Positions 47,867 to 64,000 of a stretch of DNA of 64,000 nucleotides are shown here, in pieces (positions within the stretch are counted from its first letter, which is position 1; every line of letters starts with the position of its first letter). The position numbers were made by a program, and so were the translations under genes. The notes beneath the pieces were generated by a model, which was given only the letters and a program-made list of their open reading frames with translations, was not told where the DNA came from and did no database searches. This stretch comes from the human T2T-CHM13v2.0 reference genome, Homo sapiens. The DNA lies in the NCBI RefSeq assembly GCF_009914755.1, contig NC_060947.1, one strand, 5' to 3'.

Positions 47867-50800
47867 TCAATCATACATCTGCCAGACTGCAAAGTCCATA
47901 TCCTTTCCACCACGTTACACTGCCTTCCTTTTTCTACCATTATATTTAGAATTATTCATTAGACTTATTTGGTCCTTTTCTCCCTCCTAAACTGTGTTTT
48001 GAGTGTAGGCACCATGTTGTTCTGGTTTACTACTATATCCCTAACACTAAGCACCATGCTTGCTGTCTAGTGGGTACTCAATATGTAATCACTGAATAAA
48101 AATAATGACTGACTGAGATTCACTAAGGGATGCTCTCCACAACTTCACACATCTCAATTTTTCCCACCTTACAGTCTCACTGGGGCACTACTTCATATAT
48201 TGTGCCCAATATGAGGCTGGTTTGGAACTATAACCCGGGAAGAATGTGTCAGGCTAATTCTGCTGATTCTCCACTTCCCTTACAATATCCCAAGATACTT
48301 ATAAACCTGCTGGGTTTTCTTGCCTAGTAAAGCCCTTTCTCAGTCCCAGCACAGCCAGGAATGTGGCTGAGATGGCATGAGTCCCAGCTACCAATAAGAT
48401 TGGTGGGGTGGAGATGGGGGTTGAAGGATGATTTACTTTTACCCTCGACAGCTTCAGAGGGCATAACACTGTGCCTTTCTGAGCTCGTCAGTGAAAATCA
48501 GGCTCACCAAATATTATACATTTCTAACCAATAGAATTTGGCCAAGAGCCACTCATTTTGTTTAATGATGCAGCACATGCTCTTGGCACTTGAACTCTAA
48601 TAAGGACTGTACAGGCATTTGGCAGCACACATTCTATCAAGAGGTTTTGACAACTAGAAAACAAACAAAAGGACAATTTAAATGTAACATCACATCCACT
48701 CAGACTGTCACTCAAGTGCCTACCAGTGATCTGACACCAAATCAATAGTATTATGGTTCATTGAAGTCAGATCAATGGCTTCACAAAGTTTCAGAGCAGC
48801 AGCAGCAGCACAATAGCAAACTTCATGTCTCCTGTCTATTATTACAAAGGAGGTAATCACTGTCTGGCTTCTCTGAGGGCCAGAGCCTCAGCACACTACT
48901 GCCTGAAGACTCTGGGATTCTAATTGAGATGACTGGGTACGCTGCCATGCCATTTTCTCCCCACCCACCACCTCCCTCTATCCTGCATCCTCCTGCTCCA
49001 GGAAGGAGTTTGCAAAGGACTTGCCCCACCGCAACCCAAGAGCCAGGAAGAGTCTGTCTTACACAAGCTCTGTGAGGAGCCACCACAAGAGTGCAAATTC
49101 CCAGGGAAAAGACCACTTTTTAACGCTAGCTCAAGCTTGGAGCATTTCAAGTGTCTCTTGGTCTCTTTATTATTTATGTATTCAAGTTTGCTTGACCTTG
49201 TGACCTATTAAGAGGCTTATCTTTTCAACCGGTAGAGGACCCTCTCCCAATTGCCACTTTCCACACTTTTCCATTTCCCCATGCCCCCAAAAGCTAACAC
49301 TTGGGAGTGTCAATTTTCTAGAAGTTTCTACAGAGGAGTTTAATCATTTGAACAGCTTAATAAGGATTATACAAATAAAAATCCCCCAAAAAATTAAACA
49401 AGGAAAAAGCACTGTTTCCAAATGCTCTCAGTACTCTAGAAAGGGGTACTATAGGAGTCTAATAAGGTTGAAAAGCCTCTAGTCACAGGCCAGAACAGCA
49501 TTAGACGGGTGGGTCAGACAAGGGGTACATCGATTTGAGAACTCAAATGAATTTCTCCCCCGTGCCAGAGCACCTATTGCACTCACCAACCTAGCCAAAG
49601 GCTTGCACATCAATGAGATGAGGATGAATTATTGAAAAGCTTCTGTATAAAATGCTGCACTCTGCCATTTCCTACAAATCAAATTATCGAGGGAGATATT
49701 TGATTGTAAACATATTTAGAAAATGATTTCATTGTCATTCGGTTGGTTTTGCTTGCTCCCCCACCCTTAAATTTCATTTGCATTAAAGTGCTACAAAGTT
49801 AAAAAGGTCACACACACCCACCCCCAACCAGGAGCTTGCATACCAGCCACAGAAGCAACTAAATTCAATCAGCAAAAATGAAAACCTATTATAAGCAATA
49901 GAAAAACCCTTTAAATCATGCCTAACATGCTTAAAACAGAATTGTCTCCTCCTTACCCAGGCCTCTAACACACGGTTATCCTGAAAACAAATAGCTGTTT
50001 TTTTAAGATGGAGAGAACTAAATTCTATTTATTGTTTTTGAGATGCAGACCTAATGGAGTTAACCAGGTTCCGCTGTTAGTTCAAGAAGATCTCTATTTC
50101 AGTCACAGTTCACTTTCAGGGCCTACTGTCTTTGGAGATAGAAGTGTGACCCCACCCTGCTGGGTCTCAAATAGGCTGCACCCATAGGCATGAAAGCTCA
50201 CTCAGCCTAGGCTGAGCAGATTATTTCCTGCTACCTTGGGCAGAATAGTCAACAGAAAATGAGGCACCAGATGACCCAAAGGCCAAATTGCTTCTGTTGA
50301 AAGACTTGCCTAATGGCATTCAACTAAGATGCCATTGCCTAAGGGAGTTCTCATCAATGCCTTTGGCTCTAAGCACTTGAAAAACAAAGAAAACAATGTC
50401 TTAGACTTCCCTGCTGTGACATATGGTGACAAGGAGAAGAAGAATCTAGTGGCAAGGGTGAAGGATGCATTAATTCAATATTCATTCTTTTTTCTCAACA
50501 ACTATGTATTGAGTGCCTGCTATATGCCAGGTATTGAATGAATTTAAACCAGAATGGTGAAATCCCATCATCAAATTTCCAAAGCCCTTAGACTCAGTCT
50601 CTACATCAAAAAATGACAGTAATGCAGGTGAGTCATTGAGATGTCAGGGAATTTGATCTATTAGAAATGAGCCTCTGGACAAGTGAACTGGTAATTGATT
50701 TAGCATGTATTTATTTATTGCTCACATTCTACAAAGAATTGAACTAATCACAGTGACCAATGGAAATGGGGGGTGGGAAAGGATACAAAAGAAAGGCAAT

Positions 50801-51299
50801 AATACATGGTTTCCCCCTCAAGTTGGCTGAGATGACAGTGGAGATACCAGGAAATAACCAGAGACAAACCCAGTATTAATTCATTTGGCTCTGTTTGAAC
50901 TGCAACTGAACAAGATTATTTGGTGTTTTAAGTTCAGTTATTCCTTCACTCATTCAATATTAATTGAATGCCAGTGCACCCATCACAATGCTAGGAAATC
51001 TAGGAAGATAGACATAATGGTTTATATAATGATAGTAACCATTAACTGAGGATCTACTATATACCAGGCTCTGTGCTAAGTGCCTTTACAGGATCTTTTG
51101 CATCAAATCTCACAAAATCACTGTGTTTCCAATGATCTTGTGTGTAATAATGTATGGAGGTCACTTCTAGGCACAGGAAAAAATATCATCTGCTAGCTAA
51201 TGGTTCCTTACGTGTAACAGAACAGCTCCCCGAGAAATATAACCTTAGGAAAGGTTATTATTTTATTATTGTTTCTTGTAATTATTATATCCATTGTAA

Positions 51300-51530
51300 T
51301 GATGGTCACAGGTGGGACCATCTATTAATGTGCCAAACACTGTGTTAGTGGCTTTCCATACATTATTATTTTCATTCTGCACAACCACTTCATGGATTAT
51401 TACTATCCTTATTTTACAAAGAAGGAAGCTGAGGTATAGAGAGTGAAATCACTTGCCTAAGACTCTGCAGCTAGTTAAGTGGCAGAGTCAGGCTTGAAAC
51501 TGACTTGGCTGCCTCCAGAGTTCTTTCCAT
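51300..51530. mobile_element. MIR
   Basis: ttttacaaagaaggaagctgagg...cacttgcctaag...agctagttaagtggcagag. Confidence 0.65.
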
Positions 51531-52240
51531 TACCCTCACTTTAAGGTTGCTGACTTGAGGTATTTCCATCGTGGTGAGGAAAATGAGACACATCCAACAA
51601 ACATGTTAAATATGTGATTGTGGGCATGTCATCTAAAGACTCAGTTTCCTCCGATAAAAAGAGGATAATAATATCTACCTTAATAAACTTGAAGGGTAAT
51701 TGTGATAATCAGGTGAAATGTTTTGGAAACTTGTTTATAGAGCATTGCAATTTATAAAACAAGTAAAAGAAGTAATGTATGCAGTAATCAGCATAAGATT
51801 CAGTTACTCCAATAGCCAGATACCTAGCTGACCTTCTCTGTGTATTTTTTCTTACCCTTTTAATAGTAAGACCCCATACTCTAGCCAAAATAAAGAAGTC
51901 TTGGGGCCTTAACATTTTCTGTTCCCTCTGCCTTAAATGCTCTTCCTCTAGAACACTCCAGGTCTGTGATAATCACCATAAAGAAAATAAAATTGTGGTG
52001 TACCCCCCTTCCCTCCCTTTATGTTACTGCTCTTTTTTTCCGTGGTTCTTATCGCTACCTGAAATTATCTCCTTTATTCCTTTGTTTGTTTATTATCTGT
52101 CTATCCCCATTCACTGGAATATATTCTCCTTGAGAGCAGCAACTTGCTTTCTTTGTTCACTACTTTCTGTATCCTCAGTTCCTTGAATAGGGACAGGAAC
52201 ATAAAAGATGCTTAATAAATATCCGCACAAAGAATGTAAT

Positions 52241-52760
52241 TGTTACAGTAGGTAGCTAGTCAGGCATGAGCAGGGCAGGAGAGGGCTCTCCCTCCCACCC
52301 ACCAGGAATGTCAGGCAACCATCAGGTGATGGTCCAGCTGTTGTCACACTGCCTCTCTAAAATAATAATTGGTCACAGCCAGCTCAAGCAAGAGGCAGCT
52401 TCCTAACAGATAAAAATACCTGAAGTTGGTAATCAGCAGCTTTCAGGAATTGGGCAAGTGGGATCAAGCATGCACATTAAGAGGCAAAATGGCAGAGCGT
52501 GACCTTCCAGGGGCATTCCACAAAAAGGGAAGAAAGCCTCAGGTGAGATGCGTACAACTCCAGTAAACACAATGTGCATGCTCACCTCCCAAGTGCAAGC
52601 AGTGCACCACGCATGCAGGTGGCTCACCCTAAGGGAAGAATGAAAGGAAAGGGGCGCAAGATGCCAGAAGTAGGCCAGCGTATATAATCTGAGGTTCAAG
52701 GTTAAATGGGGCACTTGACCTCCAAGGTGCCCACTTGGTTCTCTTCCAAGTGTACATTCC
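52241..52760 (+). mobile_element. ERV1-class LTR (MER50-like), 3' truncated
   Basis: TGTTACAGTAGGTAGCTAGTCAGGCATGAGCAGGGCAGGAGAGG start; TATA-like tatataa at 52681. Confidence 0.65.
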
Positions 52761-55300
52761 TGCTGCAAAACTGTATGGAGTTGCCGCCACTAACATATTT
52801 TGGTGCCAAGTAACTCGGATATTTGCCACCAATAACATAATAACAATGCATAGCAATGAAACAAAAGGCATTACAAGGCTTTATAATATGAGGAAGTCCA
52901 AGCATAAGAACTAGAAATTCAAAAGAGGAATTAACTATTCTGAGCTAGAATAAACCAGTAAAACATCAGATTGGCATGAACTCAGAATTCCTCCTTGAGG
53001 ACTGGGGAGCATTTGAATGAGTGAAGGGCAGCTAGGAGGGCAGAATGAATGGTGTCAGGAGAGGGTAAATGTAGGAGGAAATATGCCTTGTGCCAAGAAT
53101 AGTGGAAGGCCCAGCCGGCTGGAGGTTGACAGGGTACAAAAGTTGGAAATGTATGAAGTTGTGGGCAGATAACAGAGATCCTTGAGTGGCAGGTTAAGAA
53201 GCTTGCCATTTAAGGAGACTTTTGCTAGGGAAAGCAATGAGAAGTGATTTTTAAAAACAAGTGAAATAGGAGTTGGAAGAGAAAGACACTACTATTTTAT
53301 TTTCTTTATGGTCATTATCACAGGCATGGGAGTCTTTAGGGAATGGCATTTCAAGCAACAAGAACAGTAAATGTTAAGGACCCAAACCTTTTTCTGGTTA
53401 TAATATGGGCATCTTACTACAAAGTGCCTCCTTCTCCTTCCTTTCACAGGTGTTGATCCCTAGTAAACATCTTGTACTCTAAACTATGCCTCTGCTTTAC
53501 TATATCACAGATTCCTTTATATACTATCCTCAAAATAATCCTACAAGATAGGTATTATTATCTTCACTGCACAAATGAGGAACTGAGGCTTCAAGAGATT
53601 AGGTAACTTACCCAAATATACACACCTAGGAAGGGCCAAGCCTGGAGAAAGCAATTCTTTGGCAGAAAAAGTGTCCTCCCACGCACCGTTCTCTTCCCCA
53701 GCTTATCTTCATGCAGAGTTGATTACCTAAAGTTGTGTTGCCATTGACCAAAATCCCCACCCCAAAATTATCTCTGTAAGGTACACAAGATCCAGACAAT
53801 TGTTACTACTTTTACTTTCTTAGAGTTACAAGTCAAATGTGCTCACCTGGAGTAATTCTTCCATTTTGATTTAAGTGGACTACATCCTATGTCCCTCAGC
53901 AAAACAAGTTCTCAGTATTGGCTAAATCCATCTTAAGACTCTTGAAATATGCCCTTTTACAAATCATGGCCAAGAGGTGCTGCACTTGCATCTCCTTATG
54001 AGGCAGCTAGTTAATATTATGTTACTGCAGAATGTAGACCCCTTTCCCAGCAGAAACTGCAACTGAGCAACCACTGCCAAATAAGGAAGAGCCACTGCAG
54101 TCCCTCCCTATGGGTGCTGTTCGTTTCTCTCAATCAGGAAGACTGTAATTAACTGCATGGGTATCATCAGAAAATGTCTAAAAGAGGCCTATAAATTCAA
54201 GGAATGTGTAAGGGGCCAGAAGTAATAATAGAATCATCTTGGATATATATTTAGAAATGCTGAGGAGGTTTGAGGTGGTGAAAAACAGCGTTATGTGTTA
54301 AAGTTTTAGAGATAGATACTCCACCAACAGGAATAGTGTGTGAAGCAAAGGAGGGTAGAGGAACACCATGGACCCTCTTGGTTGTAAATTATCTCTACCA
54401 GTGGGTTGTTCTTGCCGTTGTTGTTGTTTATAAAGTGAAATCAATTTTAGGCAGGTCCAGCTAGCAGAAGTATTAACACAGTGTGAGGAGGAGTAGTAAT
54501 TCTTGGCAAAGTTTTATATTATTATATTATAAGTGAGAGTCAATTTTTCCAGTCAAAATACATCTATTTCATTTGTTTGGCTGTTTGCTACAAGAGGTCA
54601 ACGGAACATGGGATTCCTTTCATAAAACCTTACTTTTAGAAAACATAGCTATTCTAGGGTGTGGAAGGGATTCCAAGTCTTATGAAAGGAAACTTAGAGG
54701 CAGATGAACACAGCCCAAGATTCTTTTGCCTACAGCATAACCAAACATGCTTCAGCTCCACATTGGCTCATTACAAAGGTGACTTCTACACTGTCCCTGG
54801 AATGAATTAGGCCACTTGATTAGCGTTTCACTTGCCTCTTAAGCCTTTAAAAGCTCAAAAAAAAAAAAATAACAGATATTGTGCATATAAGATGTGCATT
54901 AAAATAAAAAGGAAAAGTTTTAAGAAATTAGCTGTAAATAGCCCCCAAATTAGTTCCTTCCAGGTGGAAATCTAGTCTCATTCATAATTGTATCCACCAC
55001 AGGGATTAACATAGTGCCTGGCACCCGGTAGGTATTTGATTGAGTTTCTTATAATTGAATTGAAAAGGGTATATAAACCAAGTTGAAAGGAATTAATGGA
55101 GGCAATTCATTGTAAACATATTTAACCGAGCAAGTTACATCCTGCCTACACCTAGGGCACCAAGCTGTTGATCTCATGTGGCTGTCTTAATCTGAGAACT
55201 AAGGCCACCTACTTTTTCCTATTAACAGAAAGGGTAGCTATGCCAAGCCTTATTGCTTACCTCTTCCCCAACACAGGGGTTCATATCATAGGGCTTTTAA

Positions 55301-55961
<661 letters not shown>

Positions 55962-56994
55962 AACAACTGACTCATTTTAAATGATCAAATCTTGTGTGTA
56001 GTCACATAGTGTAACATTTTTCAAGTAATTTTTTTCTAACCTAGAAACGGCTTTAGAAATTTCTGTCACACTTACAACAAAGTGTTCTGCTGAATTCTTT
56101 TTTTTTAGGAAATGCAATTTATCAAATATTGGTTGCCAACAAATATATCCCAATGTTGTCTCCTCAATCATTCCTATTTTAATCTTGAGAGCTCTGCTTT
56201 TACTAAAATGTTTACACAAGCCATAAATTTTGCCTCAAAACATGTTTCTTGGTAACATAAATTTACCCATTTGGATGCAATAGAAAAATCAAGAGGTAGT
56301 TTGTTCCTAAAATTTGGCCCAGTATCCAATAAGAGATTAAAGAATCCTGGGCTATTGATGTAGAGGAGGCTCTGCACTCTCACTCTGCTATTGGGACTAC
56401 TAAGCATCATTTCCCTCCTGCTGCACTTGCATGAATAATGAAAATCAAACTGTCTATGCCAATTAAAAAGCTAAGTTTTTAAATGCAAGCTTTCTTAAAC
56501 GTTTTTATTATTGTAAAATAACACTTTTTTTAAATTAATGTACAGAAGGCTTTAAGTTGAAAAGCAATTCCCTCCCCACACCACACTTCAGACCACCACC
56601 AATCCCCCCAGTCTCATTCTTCAGTAGGAATCAGTATGAACAATTGATTAGATATTCTTCCAGAAATTTCTGATGCATATACATATGTACAATATGTACA
56701 TATGTATATATTTTGATACATATACATATGTACAATAATTGTATTGCATACAAAATCATACATACTGATTTACAACTTGCTTTTTCAACTTATACATCTT
56801 GTTTATCTTTCCCAATGAGAACATATATAATATCTCATTCTTTTAGCACCACATAGTATTCCATAATTTACAATCGATTTAACTGGTTCCCTATCTATGG
56901 ATATTTGATTGTTTCTAGTTTTTTGCTATTACAAATGATCATCCTTGTACATATTTCTTAAAGTACATGTAAGAATTATTGGATGAAAGATAAC

Positions 56995-57630
56995 ATGTGG
57001 AAATGTAAAATAGTGCACCCACTTTGGAAAACAACCTGACATTTCCACAAAAGGTTAATTGTACAGTTGTCATGTAACCCAGCAATTTCACTCCTAGGTA
57101 TATATGCAAGAGAAATGAAAATAAATTTGCAGGCAAAAAGTTGTACACAAATGTTCATGCCAGCATTATTCCTAAAAGCCAGAAAGTGAAAACAACTGAA
57201 ATGTCCGTCAACTAATGAGTGGATAAAGTAAGTATAGTTTATACATACACACAACTTCATTATACATACAGTGAAATATTACTCAGCCATAAAAAGGAAT
57301 GAAGTACTGATTGATGTTGAAACATGGATGAACCTTGAAAATATTATGCTAAGTGAAAGCTTACGTATTGTGTGATTCCATTTATATGAAAAGTTCAGAA
57401 TAAGCAAATTCATAGCCAGGAGCTGGTGAGAGGGTGGGAAGTGGAGAATGGGAAGTGATTGCTAATGAGTACAAATTTTCTTTTTAGAGTGATAAAAATA
57501 TTCTAGAATTAGATAGTGGTGATGGCCGCACAGCCCTGTTAATATACTAAAATACATTGATTTGTACACTTTAAATGAGTAAATTTTGTGGTATGTGAAT
57601 TATACCTCCATAAAGCAGTTTCTGAAAAAA
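56995..57630 (+). mobile_element. L1MB-type 3' fragment
   Basis: cccagcaatttcactcctaggtatata; acatggatgaaccttgaaaatattatgctaagtgaa; tatgtgaattatacctccataaagc. Confidence 0.85.
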
Positions 57631-57889
57631 AGGTAACATGAAGCCTTTGAAAGAAGGGTCAGTCTGGAATATATATGGTCCACGGGAGTACTTTTATCTT
57701 GGGGTATTCCCTACACACCCCAGAAAAACTTTTTCTTTATCAATTTCTCCCACAAGACAGTTAAATGTTTTTCCTCATTTCCTAAAGGAAATGTCTGCAT
57801 TTAAATTTGAAGAGAAAAAATTAAATCAAAGATTAGCTTTCAGAAACAAGCTTAAATGTCTTTTTTATAGTTTCTGTGTTGCTGTTGTT

Positions 57890-59040
<1,151 letters not shown>

Positions 59041-59793
59041 TCCTTTAAAAAGCATCTCCACCCTCACGGTACTATTGTACTTCTCTGGAGTCTTTATGTC
59101 TTCATCAGGGCAAGGTTTTCCAAAATCCAAAGAGGAAAAAGGACATAAACATTCCTTTTCCTTTCTTTGGTGCACAGACTGGAAGATATAAGGAACCCAT
59201 AAATGATCTTAAAAATAAATGGACCACGTTATTAGAGAAATAATTCAGTCTCCCCATGGATCTATTAATGGTGTCTATAACACCTTTTCTCCCAAGTCTC
59301 TCTGGGCACCTAATGCCTGTTCTAAATCAATAGCCTTAGAGGCTGCAGGCTTGCCTAAACCTTCCCTTTACACCAACAACTCAAGCTGAAGCTTTTTTCA
59401 TAGTCCTGGGCACTTTAACACTTGCTGGTACTTAAAGAGCAAACTCTAGAGATTCGAATCACTAAGTCTAATTACAATGAAAGGAAAATTTTCACTGAAA
59501 AGTTAAAAAAAGAAAACCATTACCAAGTCAAATGGGATCCCATTCTCTTAACCGCCTGATAATGTGGATTAGACTGTTTCCAAAACCTAACTTTGGAACC
59601 ACAACTATGATTAAGGGGGAGAATCTGTCCTTCTTACCACCCAAGAAGGAAGAGCCCTTGGGAGCTCCGTAGAACATGCTCATTTCTGAACTGTGTATAG
59701 GCCTGGAGTACAGGGGGACTTGGCTTTCTTACATTTTGTTATGGTTTTAGGGGCACCTAAAGGCCCTGAGGTTCAAATAGTCGTTTTGTGATC

Positions 59794-60147
59794 TGCTATG
59801 TACTGAATTGTGTCTCCCCAAAATCCATACATTGATTCCCTAACCCCCGCTCCCCATGTGATGATATTTAGAGATGGAGTTTTTGAGAGATAATTAGGTT
59901 TAGATGAGTTAATGAGGGAATGGCCCTCAGAGGAAGAGACACCAGGGCTATCTCTGTCTGCCAAGTGAAGTCATAGCAAAACGGCCACCGTCTGCAAGCC
60001 AAGAAGAGAGCCCTCACCAAGAACCAAATTGGCTAGCACTTTGATCTTGGACTTTCCAACCTCCAGAGCTGTGAGTAAATAAATTTACATTATTTAAGCC
60101 ACCCAATCTATGGTATTTTGTTACTGCAACTTAAGCTGACTAAGACA
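59794..60147 (+). mobile_element. MaLR LTR (MLT1A/B-like)
   Basis: TGCTATGtactgaattgtgtctcccc start and gctgactaagACA end. Confidence 0.85.
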
Positions 60148-61004
60148 TGTCCACTGATTAATGCCTGAAATCCTACCATGAGTATAGGCTAAACATCTAG
60201 TGTTCGGTTCAAATATAAGCAACTACATAAAGGAAGTTTCATGAGTCATAGACACCTCAGTCAGAGTGAAGGGTATTTGGCTCCTTCCACAGGCATAGGT
60301 GTGGGAGAGGCACAGGGAGTGGAAGAGAAAACAACTGTACAAAGTGTCTGAGGAGGGTAGATGAAGGGGATACTACCACAATGCAAACTTGATCAGTTAA
60401 TAAATCTGCCCAAGTCCAGCAGTGACAAGAGATAACTGCAAATACTACTCCGATGTTGCTTCAACGGGCACAAGTGAGTAACAGTTTTTTCCTAACAGTA
60501 TTGCCATTCCAGTGCTCCCTTTGACCTAGATAAGCCTCCTCTTCACCCTCTGAGGCAAGGAAACAACACAGTATCTAAATTTATCTTATAGCTTCATAAC
60601 AGAATCTTGTCACATAGCTCTATCTATGGACCAGGGACAGTTCTAAGTGCTTTACATGTATTAACCCATTTATATTTCACAATCACCCTATTGGGGTAGC
60701 TATTATTATATTCAATTTATAGATAAAGAAACTAACAGATAAAGAAGAGGTAGAGCTGAGATCTAAATCTAAGTGTCGGGGGACTCCAAAGTTCCTATTC
60801 CAATCCATGCTCGAAGGCCATTTGTCCATTGCTAAAGAGACAGCATTCAAAGCATTTAAGCCAAAGCATCATTATTACTATTCCATTTCTGATTTGGTGC
60901 TATATCTTGGGTGTTCTTTTAGAAGTTATTGAAATGGCGGCAGGGAGGATGAGGAAAAGCTTTTTGAAAGACTTAAAATGATTGGAAGCACAAACTTAGA
61001 AATC

Positions 61005-61225
61005 AAAACAGGCTTGGAATCATGTCCTAATTCTGCTACACACTAGCTCCATGAATGTCAGCAAGTTACTTAACATCTCTGAGCTTCGGTTTCTTCCTCT
61101 GCAAAATGGATTTAATAATAATAATCCCTACTTCACAGGGCTAATGTGAAGATTACATGAGTTAATATGTGTAAAAGACTTATTACACTACCTAGCACCT
61201 AGCAGACACTCAATAAATATTACAT
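61005..61225. mobile_element. MIR
   Basis: gcaagttacttaacatctctgagcttcggtttcttcctctgcaaaatgg core. Confidence 0.75.
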
Positions 61226-63858
61226 AAATATATTACAAAGCTGGAGAAGACTTCAGAGCTGCACTAGAGTTTAACTTCAGTTTGATATTACTCTGAGTGG
61301 CAAGAAAAATACACAGGCACCAGCCCCACCAAGTGGGGCAAAGCCTCCTCTTGAAAAACGGGGCCAGGCAACAACTGCTCACAGAGCCAGGCTCAACAAA
61401 TGGCAGCTGCAATGGTGACCAACAGCACAATTTGTATACTGACAGGAGGGGAGGGAATGGGCGCAATGTCCTACTGAAGAGTAGCTCTGTCTTCTCAGTC
61501 ACACCCAAAAAGTATCCCCTTCAAAATCAAGTACAAAGCTATCAGATACTCTTCATCTTTAGCTTATCTTATTTATGAGAAGTTTGTTTATAAGGCTTGG
61601 GAACTTGAAATTCAAATTTAGTTTCCCTATCTTCAGAGGTTCAAGAAAAGATAACTAAAATCATATTTATATTCACAGACAAAAATTCTAATTAATTCAT
61701 AAACACAGAGTACGGTATATTGTAATATAATGGCCAAAGAAAATAGATCCAAGTAGACTTCAGTTGTTGTCAGTTATAGGTTGTGTGACTTTAAACTAGT
61801 AACTTAACTTCCCTGAACCATTTCCTATAAAATCAAGGACAGTAGTGGTTGCTACAGGTAGTAAATAATATGTTGGATGTGAAAGTGCTTTGCAAACTCC
61901 AAAGGATATACAAATTGTGATATGCTAATAGAGTCAAACATATGCAAAGAAAAAATATTAAAAATTAAAATTGCTGCAGGAGTAGTTAAAAACACAAGAA
62001 AATATCACTGAATTACAAATCATGTATTATTCATTTATTATTACTATTGTTTTGACTGACAAGGTTTTAGGAAAAGCAGGCAAATGGCAGCAAGTGAAAG
62101 AGCATAGAGACCTGTGGAGAAATTCTCAAGAAAGCTTGTGGGCAGTTTTTACGACTGTAGATGGCACTAGCTCTTCAGAATGTCTCATTTCTCTGTAAAA
62201 TACATGGCTTCTCTTTTTCTTGATTTGGGGTGGGGAGAGGATAAAGGATTACCCACGATGAAGGGTTCTCCAAGACCCCAAAGGAAAGAAAAGTGTATAT
62301 AGGCACGTTATAAACTGGAAAGGACGAATACTGCGGCCATCCTGACTCCTCCCAGAATGAATCCCACTCTTAACTCTCTGGATCCCTTGCCCCAGCTGAG
62401 CCCAGGCAGCCAGGGTTGCATTACTGCCATGTGGCCACTAGGGACACTCTTGGTGTCCTCCTAAATTTATAGAAATTAGTGTAACCAGAGGAAATTTTCT
62501 CCTTAGCTTTTCTGAGATAGACTAAAATTTTTGAAAAGTGACCTCGCAGAGAAGCTAAGGAAAAAGAATACTGAAATAGGCAAAACAATTCAAAAACAGA
62601 GAGACCAATGAGTTTAGAGAGCACTAATTTTGTGCCTCTGCTTTTATAAACTCTAATTACATAACTTGGCAGTTATCTACTAAATTTTACATGAGCATAT
62701 TCTCCAGCTGAGCAGTTCTACTTTCAAGTCTCTATCCATAGAAATTCTTGCACATCAGCAGAAAGAGGCATTTATAAGTATTCTTGCTGTAGTACTGTTT
62801 GTAATGTCAAAAGAAAGAATGACAGAAATGGAAGGACAAAGGGACAGAAGGTGAGAAGAAAGGAGAAGGCATAAAAGGGGACCATTTACATCAATTGGCT
62901 TGCCCAAACAATAAAATATAGAATACTGTTCAATCATTTAAAAGGAGATAGATCGGTTCATACTAACGTAGAAAGAGCTATAACATATATTGTCGCGTGA
63001 AGAAAGTAGGCTGTAAAACAAAGCATACAGGAGGATATTATTTATGTAAAAAACCACAAAACCAAGCAAGATAGATATAGATATAGATATAGACATATAT
63101 ATAGTTAAATTCATATACAAATTTCTGAGGGGATGCATATCAGATTAGTGGTGGAAGGTAGTTCAAAGATAATTTTTACTTTATCATCTTTGGGTATTTT
63201 TTTAAATGAGACTGTATTTCATATACTTATAGTTTCCCTTTTAATTTAGAAACATAATTGTAACTTCCAGCCACGAGAACCCAAGGTGGCTTATGATTGG
63301 CACCATAACAGCCCAAAGCCATCCTCCAATCAGTTCCCGTAGGTTCAGATTGTCCACTGTGGTCCAGACTGCATCCTACTTCAGAATGGCAGCCTCAACC
63401 GCCTTCCTAGAGTCTTCCCTAAGGTTTGGTTGGAATTTACCTTTCTGTTGCTCTTAAAAGCATTTATACATTCACTATTTGTTCAAATCCATCAATTAAT
63501 TTTTGAGTGCCCACTATTTGCTACGGGCTGAGAGTAAAATTGTAGATAAAAACAGACATGGCCCTTTTTTATGATCCAGAACTTAGAGTCAATGTTCTTG
63601 AGTGGAAAGAGCTTGGGCTCAGTGCCAGGGTTCAGTTTCATCTCTACATCACTTGGGACAAGTATCTCAGTGTCCTCATCTGTACAGTGGGAAAATAATG
63701 CTACTTACTTGCCAAGTTTGAAGTGAGGATTCAATGAAGTAGTGCAAGTAACTCATGAAGAAAAGCACCTGGAGTATAACAACTGCTTGAAGAGTGTTAA
63801 CCTCTTTCCTTCCTTCTTCATATTTTCCTGCATTCAACTTTTTAAAAGAATATTAGGT

Positions 63859-64000
63859 GGAGCTGGGCCAAGATGATGGACTAGAAGCAGCTCATGTGTG
63901 CCACTCTCACGGATAGAAAACAAAAGGCTAGTGAATACTGTCCCTACAGCCTGATCATCTGAGAAACCATGTTGGGATTCATCAAGGCAGCAGGGGAACA
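63859..64000 (+). mobile_element. 5' end of an older primate L1 (L1PA13-16/L1PB-like) running off the window
   Basis: gggccaagatg..gactagaagcagct...ctctcac...aaacaaaagg resembles old L1PA 5' UTR starts. Confidence 0.65.

Overview
This is human (primate) genomic DNA containing the 5' part of PCDH19, the X-linked delta-2 protocadherin, on the minus strand. Three coding exons were resolved from splice signals and reading-frame continuity: exon 1 CDS 22996-20850 (2147 nt; signal peptide, six cadherin repeats, transmembrane helix), cassette exon 2 18062-17922 (141 nt) and exon 3 17249-16922 (328 nt). Bases 1-16921 are part of intron 3, and the later exons lie off the left edge. A CpG island covers exon 1, the long GC-rich 5' leader (a pure CGG13 repeat and three uORFs) and a CCAAT/GC-box promoter near 24.7-24.85 kb. 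About 25-64 kb is upstream intergenic DNA with Alu, L1, L2, MIR and LTR remnants and several putative enhancer blocks. I found no new gene system. The strongest leads are the FMR1-like 5' leader, the Cys-rich exon 2 that may complete an NLS, and a few local DNA-structure oddities. Repeat subfamily calls are from memory of consensus sequences, not from a search.
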